A stretch of 64,000 nt of DNA from the NCBI GenBank assembly GCA_964016885.1, contig OZ024740.1, forward strand, positions 279,310,001 to 279,374,000. The letters run 5' to 3'. This stretch comes from Eledone cirrhosa (Eukaryota). The notes beneath the pieces are model-generated. The model saw only the letters and a list, made by a program, of their open reading frames with translations. It was not told the DNA's origin and ran no database searches. This document shows positions 12,776-26,932 of the stretch, piece by piece. Numbering within the stretch: position 1 is the stretch's first letter; every line of letters begins with the position of its first letter. The position numbers and the translations under genes are program-made.

Positions 12776-15700
12776 CGTAAGTCGAAACACTCGTAAGCCG
12801 AAACACTCGTGAGCCGAAACACTTGTAAGTCGGAACATTCGTAAGTCAGAACACTCGTAAGTCAGAACACTCGTAAGTTAGAACACTCGTAAGTCAGAAC
12901 AGTCGTAAGTCGAAACACTCATATCGAAACACTCGTATGTCAAAACACCAGTAAGTCAAAACACTCGTAAGTCGAAACACTCGTAAGCCGAAACACCGTA
13001 AGTCAAAACACTCGTAAGTCGAAACACTCGTAAGTCGAAACACTCGTAAGTCGAAACACTCGTAAGCCGAAACACTCGTAAGCCGAAACACTCCTAAGTC
13101 GGAACACTCGTAAGTCTGAACACTCGTATGTCGAAACATCCGTAAATCAGAACACTCGTAAGTCGAAACACTCGTAAGCCAAAAATACTCGTAAGTCGAA
13201 ACACCCTTAAGTCAAAACACTCGTAAGCCGAAACACCCGTAAGTCAAAACACCCGTAAGTCGAAACACTCGTAAGTTGAAACACTCGTACGCCGAAACAC
13301 TCGTAAATCGAAACATCCTTAAGTCGAAACACTCGTACACCGAAACACTCGTAAGTAAAAACATTAGTAAGTCGAAACACTCGTAAGCCGAAACACTCGT
13401 AAGTCGAAACACCCGTAAGTCGAAACACCCGTAAGTCAAAACACACGTGTGTCGAAACACTCGTAAAACTAAACACTCGTAAGTCGGAACACTCGTAAGT
13501 CAGAACACCCGTAAGTCAAAACACTCGTAAGTCGAAACACTCGTAAGTCGAAACACCCGTAAGCCGAAACACTCGTAAGCCAAAACATTCGTAAGTCGAA
13601 ACACTCGTAAGCCGAAACACTCGTAAGCCAAAACATTCGTAAGTCGAAACACTCGTAAGTCGAAACACCCATAGCCGAAACACACGTAAGTCGGAACACA
13701 CGTAAGTCAGAACACCCGTAAGTCAGAACACTCCTAAGTCAGAACACTCGTAAGTCAGAACACTCGTAAGTCAGAACACTCGTAAGTCAGAGCATTCGTA
13801 TCGAAACACTCGTATGTCAAAACACCCATAAGTCAAAACACTCGTAAGTCGAAATACTCGTAAGTCGAAACACTTGTAAGCCGAAACAATCGTAATTCAA
13901 AACACTCGTAAGTCGAAACACTCGTAAGTCAAAACACCCATAGCCGAAACACTCGTAAGTCGGAACACACGTAAGTCAGAACACCCGTAAGTCAGAACAC
14001 TCGTAAGTCAGAACACTCGTAAGTCAGAACACTCGTAAGTCAGAGCATTCGTATCGAAACACTCGTATGTCAAAACACCCATAAGTCAAAACACTCGTAA
14101 GTCGAAATACTCGTAAGTCGAAACACTTGTAAGCCGAAACAATCGTAATTCAAAACACTCGTAAGTCGAAACACTCGTAAGCCAAAAATACTCGTACGTC
14201 GAAACACCCGTAAGCCGAAACACTCGTAAGTCGGAACACTCATAAGTCAAAACACTCGTAAGTCGAAACAGTCGTAAGTCGGAACACTCGTAAGTCAGAA
14301 CACTCGTAAGTCAAAACACTCGTAAGTCAAAACACTCGTAAGTCGAAACACCCGTAAGTCGAAACGCCCGTAAGTCGAAACACTCATAAGCCGAAACACT
14401 CGGAAGTCGGAACACTCGTAAGTCAGAACACCCGTAAGTCAGAACACTCGTAGTCAGAACACTCGGAAGTCAAAACACTCGTAAGCCGAAACACTCGTAT
14501 GCCGAAACACTCGTAAGTCGGAACACTCGTAAGTCGGAACACTCATAAGTCAGAACACCCGTAAGTCAAAACATTCGTAAGCCAAAACACTCGTAAGTCG
14601 AAACACTCGTAAGTCGAAACACTCGTAAGTCGAAACACTCGTAAGTCGAAACATCCTTAAATCGAAACACTCGTACACCGAAACACTCGTAAGTAAAAAC
14701 ATTAGTAAGTCGAAACACTCGTAAGCCGAAACACTCGTAAGCGGAAACACTCGTAAGTCAGAACACTCGTATCGAAACACTCGTATGTCAAAACACCCGT
14801 AAGTCAAAACACTCGTAAGTCGAAACATTCATAAGCCGAAACACTCGTAAGCCGAAACACTCGTAAGCAAAAACATTCGTAAGTCGAAACACCCGTAAGC
14901 CGAAACACTCGTAAGTCGAAACACTCGTAAGTCGAAACACTCGTAAGTCGAAACACTCGTAAGTCGAAACACGCGTAAGTCGAAGCACCCGTAAGTCAAA
15001 ACACTCTTAAATCAAAACACTCGTAAGCCGAAACACTCGTATGTCGAAACACTCGTAAGTCGAAACACTCGTAAGCCGAAACACTCGTAAGCCGAAACAC
15101 CCGTAAGTCAAAACACTCGTAAGTCGAAACACTCGTAAGTCGAAACACTCTTATGTCAAAACATCCGTAAATCAGAACACTCGTAAGTCGAAACATTCGT
15201 AAGTCGAAACACTCGTAAGCTGAAACACTCGTAAGTCGAAACACTCGTATCGAAACACTCGTAAGTCGAAACACCCTTAAGTCAAAACACTCGTAAGCCG
15301 AAACACTCGTAAGTCGAAACACCGTAAGCCAAAACACTCGTAAGTCGAAACACCCGTAAGTCGGAACACTCGTAAGTCGAAACACCCGTAAGTCGAAACA
15401 CTCGTAAGCCGAAACACTCGTAAGCCGAGACACTCGTAAGTCGGAACACTCGTAAGTCAGAACACTCGTAAGTCGAAACACTCGTATCGAAACACTCGTA
15501 AGTCGAAACACCCTCAAGTCAAAACACTCGTAAGCCGAAACACTCGTAAGTCGAAACACTCGTAAGTCGAAACACTCGTAAGTCGAAACACCCTTAAGTC
15601 AAAACACTCGTAAGTCGAAACACTCGCCAGCCGAAACACTCGTAAGTCGAAACACTCGTAAGCCGAAACACCCGTAAGTCAAAACATTCGTAAGTCAAAA

Positions 15701-18112
15701 CACTCGTACGCCGAAACACTCGTAAGTAAAAACATTAGTAAGTCGAAACACTCATAAGCCGAAACACTCGTAAGTCGAAACACTCGCAAGCCGAAACACC
15801 CGTAAGTCAAAACATTCGTAAGTCGAATAACTCGTAAGCCGAAACACCGTAAGTCAAAACACTCGTAAATCGGAACACTCGTAATTCACAACACCCGTAA
15901 GTCAAAACACCCTTAAGTCGAAACTCACGTAAGCCGAAACACTCGTAAGTCGAAACACTCGTAAGTCGAAACATCCTTAAGTCGAAACACTCGTACACCG
16001 AAACACTTGTAAGTAAAAACATTAGTAAGTCGAAACACTCGTAAGCCGAAACACTCGTAAGTCGAAACACCCGTAAGTCGAAACCCCCGTAAGTCAAAAC
16101 ACTCGTGTGTCGAAACACTCGTAAACCGAAACACTCGTAAGTCGGAACACTCGTAAGTCAGAACACTCGTAAGTCAGAACACTCCTAAGTCGAAACACTC
16201 ATAAGTCGAAACACTCGTAAGTCGAAACACCCGTAAGTCGAAACACCCGTAAGTCGAAACACTCGTATGTCGAATAACTCGTAAGCCGAAACACCGTAAG
16301 TCAAAACACTCGTAAGTCGAAACACTCGTAAGTCGAAACACCCGTAAGCCGAAACACTCGTAAGCCAAAACATTCGTAAGTCGAAACACTCGTAAGCCGA
16401 AACACTCGTAAGCCAAAACATTCGTAAGTCGAAACACTAGTAAGTCGAAACACCCATAGCCGAAACACACGTAAGTCGGAACACACGTAAGTCAGAACAC
16501 CCGTAAGTCAGAACACTCCTAAGTCAGAACACTCGTAAGTCAGAGCATTCGTATCGAAACACTCGTATGTCAAAACACCCATAAGTCAAAACACTCGTAA
16601 GTCGAAATACTCGTAAGTCGAAACACTCGTAAGCCGAAACAATCGTAATTCAAAACACTCGTAAGTCGAAACACTCGTAAGCCAAAAATACTCGTACGTC
16701 GAAACACCCGTAAGCCGAAACATTCGTAAGTCGGAACACTCGTAAGTCAAAACACTCGGAAGTCGAAACAGTCGTAAGTCGGAACACTCGTAAGTCAGAA
16801 CACTCGTAAGTCAGAACACTCGTAAGTCAAAACACTCGTAAGTCGAAACACCCGTAAGTCGAAACGCCCGTAAGTCGAAACACTCATAAGCCGAAACACT
16901 CGTAAGTCGGAACACTCGTAAGTCAGAACACTCGTAAGTCAGAACACTCGTAAGTCAAAATACTCGTAAGTCGAAACACTCGTAAGTCGAAACACTCGTA
17001 AGTCGAAACACTCGTAAGTCGAAACATCCTTAAGTCGAAACACTCGTAAGTCGAAACACTCATAAGTCGAAACACTCGTAAGTCGAAACATCCTTAAGTC
17101 GAAACACTCGTACACCGAAACACTCGTAAGTAAAAACATTAGTAAGTCGAAACACTCGTAAGCCGAAACACTCGTAAGCGGAAACACTCGTAAGTCAGAA
17201 CACTCGTATCGAAACACTCGTATGTCAAAACACCCGTAAGTCAAAACACTCGTAAGTCGAAACACTCATAAGCCGAAACACTCGTAAGCCGAAACACTCG
17301 TAGGCAAAAACATTCGTAAGTCGAAAACCCGTAAGCCGAAACACTCGTAAGTCGAAACACTCATAAGCCGAAACACTCGTATGTCAGAACACTCGTAGTC
17401 AGAACACTCGTAAGTCAAAACACTCGTAATCCGAAACACTCGTAAGTCGAAACACTCGTAAGTCGAAACACTCGTAAGTCGAAACACTCGTAAGTCGGAA
17501 CACTCGTAAGTCGAAACACTCGTAAGCCGAAACACTCGTAAGCCGAGACACTCGTAAGTCGGAACACTCGTAAGTCAGAACACTCGTAAGTCAAAACACT
17601 CGTAAGTCGAAACACTCGTAAGTCAAAACACTCGTAAGTCGAAACACTCGTAAGCCGAAACACTCGTAAGCAAAAACATTCGTAAGTCGAAACACCCGTA
17701 AGCAAAAACATTCGTAAGTCGAAACACTCATATGCCGAAACACTCGTAAATCGGAACACTTGTAAGTCAGAACACTCGTAAGTCAGAACACTCGTAAGTC
17801 AGAACACTCGTATCGAAACACTCGTATGTCAAAACACCCGTAAGTCGAAACACTCGTAAGTCGAAACACTCGTAAGCCGAAACACCCGTAAGTCGAAACA
17901 CTCGTAAGCCGAAACACCCGTAAGTCAAAACATCCGTAAGTAAAAACATTCGTAAGTCGAAACACCCGTAGTCGAAACACTCGTAAGTCGAAACACGCGT
18001 AAGTCGAAACACATGTAAGTCAAAACACTCGTAAGTCAAAACACTCGTAAGCCGAAACACTCGTAAGTCGAAACACTCGTAAGTCGAAACACTCGTAAGT
18101 CGAAACACTCGT

Positions 18113-18192
18113 AAAGCGAAACGTATAAATAAAGATTAATGTAATGAATTTGAAAAGCATAGAGATTTGAAACCGCGTCTATTTGTTATTTT
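18113..18192 (+). repeat. 80-bp AT-rich island, copy 5
   Basis: Matches island consensus. Confidence 0.95.
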
Positions 18193-20114
18193 CGTAAGTC
18201 GAAACACTCGTAAGCCGAAACACTCGTGAGCCAAACACTCGTAAGTCGGAACACTCGTAAGTCAGAACACTCGTAAGTCGAAACACTCATAAGTCGAAAC
18301 ACTCGTAAGTCGAAACACCCGTAAGTCGAAACACCCGTAAGTCGAAACACTCGTATGTCGAATAACTCGTAAGCCGAAACACCGTAAGTCAAAACACTCG
18401 TAAGTCGAAACACTCGTAAGTCGAAACACCCGTAAGACGAAACACTCGTAAGCCAAAACATTCGTAAGTCGAAACACTCGTAAGCCGAAACACTCGTAAG
18501 CCAAAACATTCGTAAGTCGAAACACTCGTAGTCGAAACACCCATAGCCGAAACACTCGTAAGTCGGAACACACGTAAGTCAGAACACCCGTAAGTCAGAA
18601 CACTCGTAAGTCAGAACACTCGTAAGTCAGAACACTCGTAAGTCAGAGCATTCTTATCGAAACACTCGTATGTCAAAACACCCATAAGTCAAAACACTCG
18701 TAAGTCGAAATACTCGTAAGTCGAAACACTCGTAAGCCGAAACAATCGTAATTCAAAACATCGTAAGTCGAAACACTCGTAAGCCAAAAATACTCGTACG
18801 TCGAAACACCCGTAAGCCGAAACACTCGTAAGTCGGAACACTCGTAAGTCAAAACACTCGTAAGTCGAAACAGTCGTAAGTCGGAACACTCGTAAGTCAG
18901 AACACTCGTAAGTCAGAACACTCGTAAGTCAAAACACTCGTAAGTCGAAACACCCGTAAGTCGAAACGCCCGTAAGTCGAAACACTCATAAGGCGAAACA
19001 CTCGTAAGCCGAAACACTCATAAGTCGGAACACTCGTAAGTCGGAACACTCGTAAGTAAGAACACTCGTAAGTCAGAACACTCGTATGTCAAAACACTCG
19101 TAAGTCGAAACATTCGTAAGCCGAAACACCCGTAAGTCGAAACACCCGTAAGTCAAAACATTCGTAAGCCAAAACACTCGTAAGTCGAAACACTCATAAG
19201 CCGAAACACCGTAAGTCAAAACACTCGTAAGTCAAAACACTCGTAAGTCGAAACACTCGTAAGTCGAAACACTCGTAAGCCGAAACACCCGTAAGTCAAA
19301 ACATCCGTAAGTCAAAACATTCGTAAGTCGAAACACCCGTAGTCGAAACACTCGCAAGTCGAAACACTCGTAAGTCGAAACACGCGTAAGTCGAAACACA
19401 TGTAAGTCAAAATACTCGTAAGTCAGAACACTCGTAAGTCAAAACACTCGTAAGTCGAAACACCCGTAAGTCGAAACGCCCGTAAGTCGAAACACTCATA
19501 AGCCGAAACACTCGTAAGTCGGAACACTCGTAAGTCAGAACACCCGTAAGTCAGAACACTCGTAGTCAAAACACTCGTAAGCCGAAACACTCGTAAGCCG
19601 AAACACTCGTAAGCCGAAACACTCGTAAGTCGGAACACTCGTATTTCAGAACACTCGTAAGTCAGAACACTCGTATGTCAAAACACTCGTAAGTCGAAAC
19701 ATTCGTAAGCCGAAACACCCGCAAGTCGAAACACCCGTAAGTCAAAACATTCGTAAGCCAAAACACTCGTAAATCGAAACACTCATAAGCCGAAACACCG
19801 TAAGTCAAAACACTCGTAAGTCAAAACACTCGTAAGTCGAAACACTCGTAAGTCGAAACACTCGTAAGTCGAAACACGCGTACGTCGAAACACATGTAAG
19901 TCAAAATACTCGTAAGTCAGATCACTCGTAAGTCGAAGTAAGTCAAAACATTCGTAAGTCGAAACACCCGTAGTCGAAACACTCGCAAGTCGAAACACTC
20001 GTAAGTCGAAACACGCGTACGTCGAAACACATGTAAGTCAAAATACTCGTAAGTCAAAACACTCGTAAGCCGAAACACTCGTAAGTCGAAACACTCGTAA
20101 GTCGAAACACTCGT

Positions 20115-20192
20115 AAAGCGAAACGTATAAATAAAGATTAATGTAATGAATTTGAAAAGCATAGATTTGAAACCGCGTCTATTTGTTATTTT
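20115..20192 (+). repeat. AT-rich island, copy 6 (78 bp, AG deletion)
   Basis: gcatagatttg instead of gcatagagatttg. Confidence 0.95.
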
Positions 20193-21978
20193 CGTAAGTC
20201 GAAACACTCGTAAGCCGAAACACTCGTGAGCCGAAACACTCGTAAGTCGGAACACTCGTAAGTCAGAACACTCGTAAGTCAGAACACTCGTAAGTTAGAA
20301 CACTCGTAAGTCAGAACACTCGTAAGTCGAAACACTCGTATCGAAACACTCGTACGTCAAAACACCAGTAAGTCAAAACACTCGTAAGTCGAAACACTCG
20401 TAAGCCGAAACACCGTAAGTCAAAACACTCGTAAGTCGAAACACTCGTAAGTCGAAACACTCGTAAGTCGAAACACTCGTAAGCCGAAACACTCGTAAGC
20501 CGAAACACTCGTAAGTCGGAACACTCGTAAGTCTGAACACTCGTATGTCGAAACATCCGTAAATCAGAACACTCGTAAGTCAAAACACTCGTAAGTCGAA
20601 ACACTCGTAATCCAAAAATACTCGTAAGTCGAAACACCCTTAAGTCAAAACACTCGTAAGCCGAAACACCCGTAAGTCGAAACACTCGTAAGTCGAAACA
20701 CTCGTACGCCGAAACACTCGTAATTAAAAACATTAGTAAATCGAAACACTCGTAAGCCGAAAGACTCGTAAGTCGAAACACTCGTAAGCCGAAACACCCG
20801 TAAGTCAAAACATTCGTAAGTCAAAACACTCGTAAGTCGAAACACTCGTAAGTCGAAACACTCGTAAGTCAAAACGCTCGTACGCCGAAACACTCGTAAG
20901 TAAAAACATTAGTAAGTCGAAATACTCGTAAGCCGAAACACTCGTAAGTAGAAACACTCGTAAGCCGAAACACCCGTAAGTCAAAACATTCGTAAGTCAA
21001 AACACCCGTAAGTCAAATCACCCGTAAGTCAAAACACTCGTAAGTCGAATCACTCGTAAGCCGAAACACCGTAAGTCAAAACACTCGGAAGTCGAAACAC
21101 TCGTAAGCCGGAAACACTCGTAAGCCGAAACACTCGTAAGTCGGAACACTCGTAAGTCGGAACACTCGTAGGTCAGAACACTCGTAAGTCAAAACACTCG
21201 TAAGTCAGAACACTCGTAAGTCAGAACACTCGTATCGAAACACTCGTATGTCAAAGCACCCGTAAGTCAAAACACTCGTAAGTCGAAACACTCGTAAGCC
21301 GAAACACCGTAAGTCAAAACACTCGTAAGTCAAAACACTCGTAAGCCGAAACACTCGTAAGTCGAAACACTCATAAGTCGAAACACTCGTAAGTCGAAAC
21401 ACTCCTATGTCGAAACATCCGTAAATCAGAACACTCGTAAGTCAAAACACTCGTAAGTCAAAACACTCGTAAGTCGAAACACCCGTAAGTCGAAACGCCC
21501 GTAAGTCGAAACACTCATAAGCCGAAACACTCGTAAGCCGAAACACTCGTAAGTCGGAACACTCGTAAGTCGGAACACTCGTAAGTAAGAACACTCGTAA
21601 GTCAGAACACTCGTAAGTCAGAACACTCGTATCGAAACACTCGTATGTCAAAACACCGGTAAGTCAAAACACTCGTATGTCGAAACACTCATAAGCCGAA
21701 ACACCGTAAGTCAAAACACTCGTAAGTCAAAACACTCGTAAGTCGAAACACTCGTAAGTCGAAACACTCGTAAGCCGAAACACCCGTAAGTCAAAACATC
21801 CGTAAGTCAAAACATTCGTAAGTCGAAACACCCGTAGTCGAAACAGTCGCAAGTCGAAACACTCGTAAGTCGAAACACGCGTAAGTCGAAACACATGTAA
21901 TTCAAAATACTCGTAAGTCGAAACACTCGTAAGCCGAAACACTCGTAAGTCGAAACACTCGTAAGTCGAAACACTCGT

Positions 21979-22058
21979 AAAGCGAAACGTATAAATAAAG
22001 ATTAATGTAATGAATTTGAAAAGCATAGAGATTTGAAACCGCGTCTATTTGTTATTTT
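21979..22058 (+). repeat. 80-bp AT-rich island, copy 7
   Basis: Matches island consensus. Confidence 0.95.
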
Positions 22059-25009
22059 CGTAAGTCGAAACACTCGTAAGCCGAAACACTCGTGAGCCGA
22101 AACACTTGTAAGTCGGAACATTCGTAAGTCAGAACACTCGTAAGTCAGAACACTCGTAAGTTAGAACACCAGTAAGTCAAAACACTCGTAAGTCGAAACA
22201 CTCGTAAGCCGAAACACCGTAAGTCAAAACACTCGTAAGTCGAAACACTCGTAAGTCGAAACACTCGTAAGTCGAAACACTCGTAAGCCGAAACACTCGT
22301 AAGCCGAAACACTCGTAAGTCGGAACACTCGTAAGTCTGAACACTCGTATGTCGAAACATCCGTAAATCAGAACACTCGTAAGTCAAAACACTCGTAAGT
22401 CGAAACACTCGTAAGCCAAAAATACTCGTAAGTCGAAACACCCTTAAGTCAAAACACTCGTAAGCCGAAACACCCGTAAGTCAGAACACCCGTAAGTCGA
22501 AACACTCGTAAGTTGAAACACTCGTACGCCGAAACACTCGTAAGTAAAAACATTAGTAAGTCGAAACACTCGTAAGCCGAAAGACTCGTAAGTCGAAACA
22601 CTCGTAAGCCGAAACACCCGTTAGTCAAAACATTCGTAAGTCAAAACACTCGTAAGTCGAAACACTCGTAAGTCGAAACACTCGTAAGTCAAAACTCTCG
22701 TACGCCGAAACACTCGTGAGTAAAAACATTAGTAAGTCGAAACACTCGTAAGCCGAAACACTCGTAAGTCGAAACACTCGTATGTCGAAACACTCGTAAA
22801 CCGAAACACCGTAAGTAAAAACACTCGTAAGTCGAAACACCCATAAGGCGAAACACTCGTAAGCCGAAACACTCGTAAGTCGAAACACTCATAAGCCGAA
22901 ACACTCGTAAGTCGGAACACTCGTAAATCAGAACACCCGCAAGTCAGAACACTCGTAAATCAGAACACTCTTAAGTCGAAACTCACGTAAGCCGAAACAC
23001 TCGTAAGTCGAAACACACGTAAATCGAAACATCCTTAAGTCGAAACACTCGTACACCGAAACACTCGTAAGTAAAAACATTAGTAAGTCGAAACACTCGT
23101 AAGCCGAAACACTCGTAAGTCGAAACACCCGTAAGTCGAAACACCCGTAAGTCAAAACACACGTGTGTCGAAACACTCGTAAAACTAAACACTCGTAAGT
23201 CGGAACACTCGTAAGTCAGAACACTCGTAAGTCAGAACACTCGTAAGTCGAAACACTCATAAGTCGAAACACTCGTAAGTCGAAACACCCGTAAGTCGAA
23301 ACATCCTACGTCGAAACACTCGTATGTCGAATAACTCGTAAGCCGAAACACCGTAAGTCAAAACACTCGTAAGTCGAAACACTCGTAAGTCGAAACACCC
23401 GTAAGCCGAAACACTCGTAAGCCAAAACATTCGTAAGTCGAAACACTCGTAAGCCGAAACACTGTAAGCCAAAACATTCGTAAGTCGAAACACTCGTAAG
23501 TCAAAACACCCATAGCCGAAACACTCGTAAGTCGGAACACACGTAAGTCAGAACACCCGTAAGTCAGAACACTCGTAAGTCAGAACACTCGTAAGTCAGA
23601 ACACTCGTAAGTCAGAGCATTCGTATCGAAACACTCGTATGTCAAAACACCCATAAGTCAAAACACTCGTAAGTCGAAATACTCGTAAGTCGAAACACTC
23701 GTAAGCCGAAACAATCGTAATTCAAAACAATCGTAAGTCGAAACACTCGTAAGCCAAAAATACTCGTACGTCGAAACACCCGTAAGCCGAAACACTCGTA
23801 AGTCGGAACACTCATAAGTCAAAACACTCGTAAGTCGAAACAGTCGTAAGTCGGAACACTCGTAAGTCAGAACACTCGTAAGTCAAAACACTCGTAAGTC
23901 AAAACACTCGTAAGTCGAAACACCCGTAAGTCGAAACGCCCGTAAGTCGAAACACTCATAAGCCGAAACACTCGTAAGTCGGAACACTCGTAAGTCGGAA
24001 CACTCATAAGTCAGAACACTCGTAATCAGAACACTCGTATGTCAAAACACTCGTAAGTCGAAACATTCGTAAGCCGAAACGCCCGTAAGTCGAAACACCT
24101 GTAAGTCAAAACACTCGTAAGTCGAAACACTCGTAAGTCGAAACACTCGTAAGTCGAAACACTCGTAAGTCGAAACATCCTTAAATCGAAACACTCGTAC
24201 ACCGAAACACTCGTAAGTAAAAACATTAGTAAGTCGAAACACTCGTAAGCGGAAACACTCGTAAGTCAGAACACTCGTATCGAAACACTCGTATGTCAAA
24301 ACACCCGTAAGTCAAAACACTCGTAAGTCGAAACATTCATAAGCCGAAACACTCGTAAGCCGAAACACTCGTAAGCAAAAACATTCGTAAGTCGAAACAC
24401 CCGTAAGCCGAAACACTCGTAAGTCGAAACACTCGTAAGTCGAAACACTCGTAAATCGAAACACTCGTAAGTCGAAACACGCGTAAGTCGAAGCACCCGT
24501 AAGTCAAAACACTCGTAAATCAAAACACTCGTAAGCCGAAACACTCGTATGTCGAAACACTCGTAAGTCGAAACACTCGTAAGCCGAAACACTCGTAAGC
24601 CGAAACACTCGTAAGTCAGAACACTCGTAAGTCGAAACACTCGTATCGAAACACTCGTATGTCAAAACACCCGTAAGTCAAAACACTCGTAAGTCGAAAC
24701 ACTCGTAAGTCGAAACACTCTTATGTCGAAACATCCGTAAATCAGAACACTCGTAAGTCGAAACATTCGTAAGTCGAAACACTCGTAAGCTGAAACACTC
24801 GTAAGTCGAAACACTCGTATCGAAACACTCGTAAGTCGAAACACCCTTAAGTCAAAACACTCGTAAGCCGAAACACTCGTAAGTCGAAACACCCGTAAGT
24901 CGGAACACTCGTAAGTCGAAACACTCGTAAGTCGAAACACTAGTAAGCCGAAACACTCGTAAGCCGAGACACTCGTAAGTCGGAACACTCGTAAGTCAGA
25001 ACACTCGTA

Positions 25010-26290
25010 AGTCGAAACATCCTTAAGTCGAAACACTCGTAAGTCGAAACACTCATAAGTCGAAACACTCGTAAGTCGAAACATCCTTAAGTCGAAACAC
25101 TCGTACACCGAAACACTCGTAAGTAAAAACATTAGTAAGTCGAAACACTCGTAAGCCGAAACACTCGTAAGCGGAAACACTCGTAAGTCAGAACACTCGT
25201 ATCGAAACACTCGTATGTCAAAACACCCGTAAGTCAAAACACTCGTAAGTCGAAACACTCATAAGCCGAAACACTCGTAAGCCGAAACACTCGTAGGCAA
25301 AAACATTCGTAAGTCGAAAACCCGTAAGCCGAAACACTCGTAAGTCGAAACACTCATAAGCCGAAACACTCGTATGTCAGAACACTCGTAGTCAGAACAC
25401 TCGTAAGTCAAAACACTCGTAAGCCGAAACACTCGTAAGTCGAAACACTCGTAAGTCGAAACACTCGTAAGTCGAAACACTCGTAAGTCGGAACACTCGT
25501 AAGTCAGAACACTCGTAAGTCAGAACACTCGTAAGTCAAAACACTCGTAAGTCGAAACACCCGTAAGTCGAAACGCCCGTAAGTCGAAACACTCATAAGC
25601 CGAAACACTCTTAAGTCGGAACACTCGTAAGTCAGAACACTTGTAAGTCAGAACACTCGTAAGTCAAAACACTCGTAAGTCGAAACACTCGTAAGCCGAA
25701 ACACCCGTAAGTCAAAACATTCGTAAGCCAAAATACCCGTAAGTCGAAACACTCGTAAGTCGAAACACTCGTAAGTCGAAACACTCGTAAGTCGAAACAT
25801 CCTTAAGTCGAAACACTCGTAAGTCGAAACACTCATAAGTCGAAACACTCGTAAGTCGAAACATCCTTAAGTCGAAACACTCGTACACCGAAACACTCGT
25901 AAGTAAAAACATTAGTAAGTCGAAACACTCGTAAGCCGAAACACTCGTAAGCGGAAACACTCGTAAGTCAGAACACTCGTATCGAAACACTCGTATGTCA
26001 AAACACCCGTAAGTCAAAACACTCGTAAGTCGAAACACTCATAAGCCGAAACACTCGTAAGCCGAAACACTCGTAGGCAAAAACATTCGTAAGTCGAAAA
26101 CCCGTAAGCCGAAACACTCGTAAGTCGAAACACTCATAAGCCGAAACACTCGTATGTCAGAACACTCGTAGTCAGAACACTCGTAAGTCAAAACACTCGT
26201 AAGCCGAAACACTCGTAAGTCGAAACACTCGTAAGTCGAAACAATCGTAAGTCGAAACACTCGTAAGTCGGAACACTCGTAAGTCAGAAC
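25010..26290 (+). repeat. Local duplication with a 780-bp offset (boundaries approximate)
   Basis: ORF twins 25259/26039; shared markers gtaggcaaaaac and gtcgaaaacccg. Confidence 0.75.
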
Positions 26291-26853
26291 ACTCGTAAGT
26301 CAAAACACTCGTAAGTCGAAACACTCGTAAGTCAGAACGCTCGTAAGTCAGAACACTCGTAAGTCAAAACATTCGTAAGTCGAAACACCCGTAAGCAAAA
26401 ACATTCGTAAGTCGAAACACTCATATGCCGAAACACTCGTAAATCGGAACACTCGTAAGTCAGAACACACGTATGTCAGAACACTTGTAAGTCAGAACAC
26501 TCGTAAGTCAGAACACTCGTAAGTCAGAACACTCGTAAGTCAGAACACTCGTATCGAAACACTCGTATGTCAAAACACCCGTAAGTCGAAACACTCGTAA
26601 GTCGAAACACTCGTAAGCCGAAACACCCGTAAGTCGAAACACTCGTAAGCCGAAACACCCGTAAGTCAAAACATCCGTAAGTCAAAACATTCGTAAGTCG
26701 AAACACCCGTAGTCGAAACACTCGTAAGTCGAAACACGCGTAAGTCGAAACACATGTAAGTCAAAACACTCGTAAGTCAAAACACTCGTAAGCCGAAACA
26801 CTCGTAAGTCGAAACACTCGTAAGTCGAAACACTCGTAAGTCGAAACACTCGT

Positions 26854-26932
26854 AAAGCGAAACGTATAAATAAGATTAATGTAATGAATTTGAAAAGCAT
26901 AGAGATTTGAAACCGCGTCTATTTGTTATTTT
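26854..26932 (+). repeat. AT-rich island, copy 8 (79 bp, 1-bp deletion changes AATAAA to AATAAG)
   Basis: gtataaataagattaat. Confidence 0.95.

Larger units (their letters stand above)
900..17300 (+). repeat. Higher-order repeat of about 6.3-6.7 kb, roughly 2.5 copies (boundaries approximate)
   Basis: Island copies 1 and 3 are offset by 6265. ORF-track twins: 4322/10587, 4939/11204, 5657/11922 (6265); 1529/7983/14550 (6454, 6567). Confidence 0.8.
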
